This document shows, piece by piece, positions 29,707 to 32,000 of a stretch of DNA of 32,000 nt. Numbering within the stretch: the first letter of the stretch is position 1; the number at the start of each line of letters is the position of its first letter. The notes beneath the pieces were generated by a model. It had not been told where the DNA came from. It ran no database searches and worked only from the letters and a program-made list of their open reading frames with translations. A program made the position numbers and the translations under genes. Source of the DNA: Candidatus Saccharimonadota bacterium (GTDB taxonomy: Bacteria; Patescibacteriota; Patescibacteriia; 2-12-FULL-60-25); assembly GCA_963718585.1 (NCBI GenBank), contig OY970357.1:330001-362000 (forward strand), written 5' to 3'.

Positions 29707-32000
29707 TCAGGAGCAGCCGCTTGTCGCTCCACAATTCAAGCACTTGTAGCAGGCTGCGTTGCGGACCATGATCGAGCCGCAGGTATCGCAGGCCGGAGCG
29801 TCCGACTGGTTGTCGATCGTCGCCGTCAGCTTATTGAGCCCTGCATCCCCTTCTTCCGATGTCGTCTTGGTGAATGAGGAGATGGCCAACTGTTCCACCT
29901 TTTGGTCCTCATCCTCGATAGATGTCGTTGATGCTTGTGGAAGGCCATTGATGCCCAGGGCGTGGCATTCTTCCTGTGTGAGGAACTTCATGCCCAACCA
30001 GCGGAAGATGTAGTCGATGACGGATTTGGCGACGCGGATGTTCGGGTTCTGCGTGAAGCCAGAAGGTTCGAAGCGGACGTGGGCGAATTTGTTCACGAGG
30101 GTCTTGAGCGGCACGCCGTACTGAAGGCCGATCGAGACCGAGGTCGCAAACGCGTCCATGAGTCCGGCAAGCGTGCTCCCCTCCTTGGACATGGTGATGA
30201 AGATCTCGCCCGGCGTCCCATCGTCGTACAAGCCGACGGTGATGAAGCCTTGGTGTGCGCCGATCTCGAATTTGTGCGTGATGGAGCGGCGTTCATCCGG
30301 CATCCGGTGACGGCGGATCTGAGATGTTGCCGGTGAGTGCGTGGACGGCAGAGCAGCCGTGGGGGCCGTTTCCTTCTTCGCTGTCCCCTTCACCTCCTGC
30401 TTGGTCGTGGTGAGCGGCTGGGAGCGTTTGCATCCGTCGCGATAGATGGCGACCGCCTTGAGTCCCAGTTTCCAGCTCTCGAAGTAGACCTTGGTGACAT
30501 CCTCCAGCGTGGCTTCAGAGGGGAGGTTCACGGTCTTTGAGATCGCGCCGGAGATGAACGGCTGGACCGCGCCCATCATACGGATGTGGCCGCGGTAATG
30601 GATCGAACGCGTCCCCTTGGCCGGTTTGAAGGCGCAGTCAAAGACCGGGAGGTGTTCGTTCTTCAGGTGCGGTGCACCTTCGATGGTGTCGTTCGTGTCG
30701 ATGTATGCGAGGATCTCGCGGATCTGCGCTTCGGTGTAGCCGAGGGCGTGAAGCGCTTCCGGGACGATCCGGTTCACGATCTTGAGCATCCCGCCGCCCA
30801 CAAGCCACTTATAGCTGACGAGCGAGATGGCCGGCTCAACACCGGTCGTATCGCAATCCATGAGGAAGGAGATCGTGCCGGTCGGTGCGAGCACCGAGAT
30901 CTGCGCGTTGCGGTAGCCAGACGTCTCTCCTCGTGCGAGCGCATCGTCCCAGGCACTGCGCGCGCGGGCATGGAGCGCTTCCGGGACGCCAGTGGCATCC
31001 ACGCGGTACGCCGCGTCGCGATGCTTACGCATGACACGGAGCATGGGCTCGCGATTGCGGGCGTAGCCGGCGAACGTCCCGACCTTCTCCGCGATCTTCG
31101 AAGACTGTTCGTACGCTGTGCCGGACATGACGGACGTGATCGCGGCCGCGACATTGCGCCCTGTATCCGAGTCGTACGGCTGGCCTGTGGCCATGAGAAG
31201 GGCACCTAGGTTGGCGTAGCCGAGGCCGAGCGGGCGGTAATCATGCGAGTTGCGTTCGATCGACGGGGTCGGATAGCTCGAAAAACCCACAAGGATCTCC
31301 TGTGCCGTGATCATGATGCGGCAGATGTGTTCGAAGGCCTTCACGTCGAATTGACCGTTTTGGTCTCGACAGGTCATGAGGTTCACGGATGCGAGGTTGC
31401 ACGCAGAGTCATTGAGGAACATGTACTCGGAGCACGGGTTGGACGCATAGATCCGGTCCGTGTTGGGACAGGTGTGCCAGTCGTTGATCGTCGTATCGTA
31501 CTGCATGCCCGGATCCCCGCATTCCCACGCAGCCTGACCGATCTCGTTCAACAGATCCTTGGCCTTGAATGTCTCGCACGTGTCTTTGGTCAGGACGTAT
31601 TTGGTCGAAAAGTCGCCCCCCTCCTCGGCGGCGGACATGAAATCGTCGGTCACGCGCACCGAGTTGTTCGCATTCTGGAAGAAGATGGACGAGTACGCTT
31701 CCCCATTGAGGTCGCCCGGATAGCCGGCATCGATCAGGGCATGCGCCTTTTTCTCTTCCCTTGCCTTACACCAGAGGAATTCTTTGATGTCCGGATGATC
31801 GACGTCGAGGATGACCATCTTGGCCGCACGGCGCGTCTTGCCGCCGCTCTTGATCACGCCCGCAAAGGCATCGAGCCCGCGCATGAACGAGACCGGGCCG
31901 GAAGACTGGCCGGATGAGTTGGAAAGCTTCTCCTTGGATGAGCGTAGCCAGGAGAGGTTGGAGCCGGCGCCGGAGCCGTACTTGAAGAGCATGCCTTCCG
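29707..32000 (-). CDS. nrdJ: Adenosylcobalamin-dependent ribonucleotide reductase, class II (NrdJ); the N-terminus lies beyond the window edge
   Basis: SNPCSEYMFLNDSACNLASVNL (active-site Cys/Asn/Glu region), LGYANLGALLM, TGVEPA, the HKFEIGAHQGFITVGLYDDGTPGEIFITMSKEGSTLAGLMDAFATSVSIGLQYGVPL block typical of NrdJ, and a Cys-rich C-terminal tail CDTCGSIMVRNAACYKCLNCGATSGCS. The reading frame stays open to position 32000. Confidence 0.9.
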   Translation of the reverse strand, partial: EGMLFKYGSGAGSNLSWLRSSKEKLSNSSGQSSGPVSFMRGLDAFAGVIKSGGKTRRAAKMVILDVDHPDIKEFLWCKAREEKKAHALIDAGYPGDLNGEAYSSIFFQNANNSVRVTDDFMSAAEEGGDFSTKYVLTKDTCETFKAKDLLNEIGQAAWECGDPGMQYDTTINDWHTCPNTDRIYASNPCSEYMFLNDSACNLASVNLMTCRDQNGQFDVKAFEHICRIMITAQEILVGFSSYPTPSIERNSHDYRPLGLGYANLGALLMATGQPYDSDTGRNVAAAITSVMSGTAYEQSSKIAEKVGTFAGYARNREPMLRVMRKHRDAAYRVDATGVPEALHARARSAWDDALARGETSGYRNAQISVLAPTGTISFLMDCDTTGVEPAISLVSYKWLVGGGMLKIVNRIVPEALHALGYTEAQIREILAYIDTNDTIEGAPHLKNEHLPVFDCAFKPAKGTRSIHYRGHIRMMGAVQPFISGAISKTVNLPSEATLEDVTKVYFESWKLGLKAVAIYRDGCKRSQPLTTTKQEVKGTAKKETAPTAALPSTHSPATSQIRRHRMPDERRSITHKFEIGAHQGFITVGLYDDGTPGEIFITMSKEGSTLAGLMDAFATSVSIGLQYGVPLKTLVNKFAHVRFEPSGFTQNPNIRVAKSVIDYIFRWLGMKFLTQEECHALGINGLPQASTTSIEDEDQKVEQLAISSFTKTTSEEGDAGLNKLTATIDNQSDAPACDTCGSIMVRNAACYKCLNCGATSGCS

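Noticed and set aside
1-32000. Alternative genetic code (UGA read as an amino acid, as in some candidate phyla).
   Set aside because: Several conserved genes (mreB, mreC, lysS, serS, alr, nrdJ, the helicase-nuclease, the RibL-like gene and rmuC) terminate at TGA exactly at their expected family C-termini. No conserved gene shows an in-frame TGA.
1-32000. CRISPR arrays, tRNA/rRNA genes, and transposase, integrase or IS elements flanking the low-GC patch.
   Set aside because: No spaced direct-repeat array, no tRNA-like T-arm or acceptor patterns, and no recombinase-like ORF were seen. No clear direct repeats bounding 21.9-25.2 kb could be identified by eye, so a mobile-element call is not supported.

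Overview
The window is a gene-dense, roughly 60% GC bacterial chromosomal segment, judged by hand counts on sampled lines. It has short intergenic gaps and many clean Rho-independent terminators. Most of it is housekeeping: a DEAD-box helicase, tgt, a UvrD-type helicase fused to a Cas4/AddB-like Fe-S nuclease followed by a DUF721/DciA-like gene, mreB-mreC-mreD-mrdA, greA, lysS, a RibL-type FAD synthase, serS, alr, an ftsQ-like gene, rmuC with a sanA-like gene, a dedA/cobO operon, and a class II (B12-dependent) ribonucleotide reductase that runs off the 3' edge. Gene content and the many small orphan membrane proteins suggest a reduced-genome lineage, possibly Patescibacteria/CPR-like, but that is only an inference. 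I found no rRNA, tRNA, CRISPR array, transposase or integrase. Seven things merit a second look. (1) A stand-alone 462-aa protein (5356-6744) carries a C-x-D-x-R ... H-x10-C motif spaced like the zinc site of carboxysomal CsoSCA carbonic anhydrase, with no carboxysome context. (2) A low-GC patch (about 21.9-23.7 kb) holds a 440-bp AT-rich non-coding gap with paired palindromic boxes and an orphan terminator, then two tandem permuted papain-like (YiiX/C92-like) amidase paralogs and several orphan genes. (3) mrdA (PBP2) is split by a 1-nt frameshift. (4) The Tgt protein lacks all four canonical zinc ligands. (5) A cobO operon next to nrdJ contains an uncharacterised membrane protein that is a candidate cobalamin-uptake component. 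(6) Operon-first genes repeatedly show a leaderless-type promoter-to-ATG arrangement. (7) GATC is strikingly enriched throughout. Family assignments come from motifs I recognised by eye; no database search was run.
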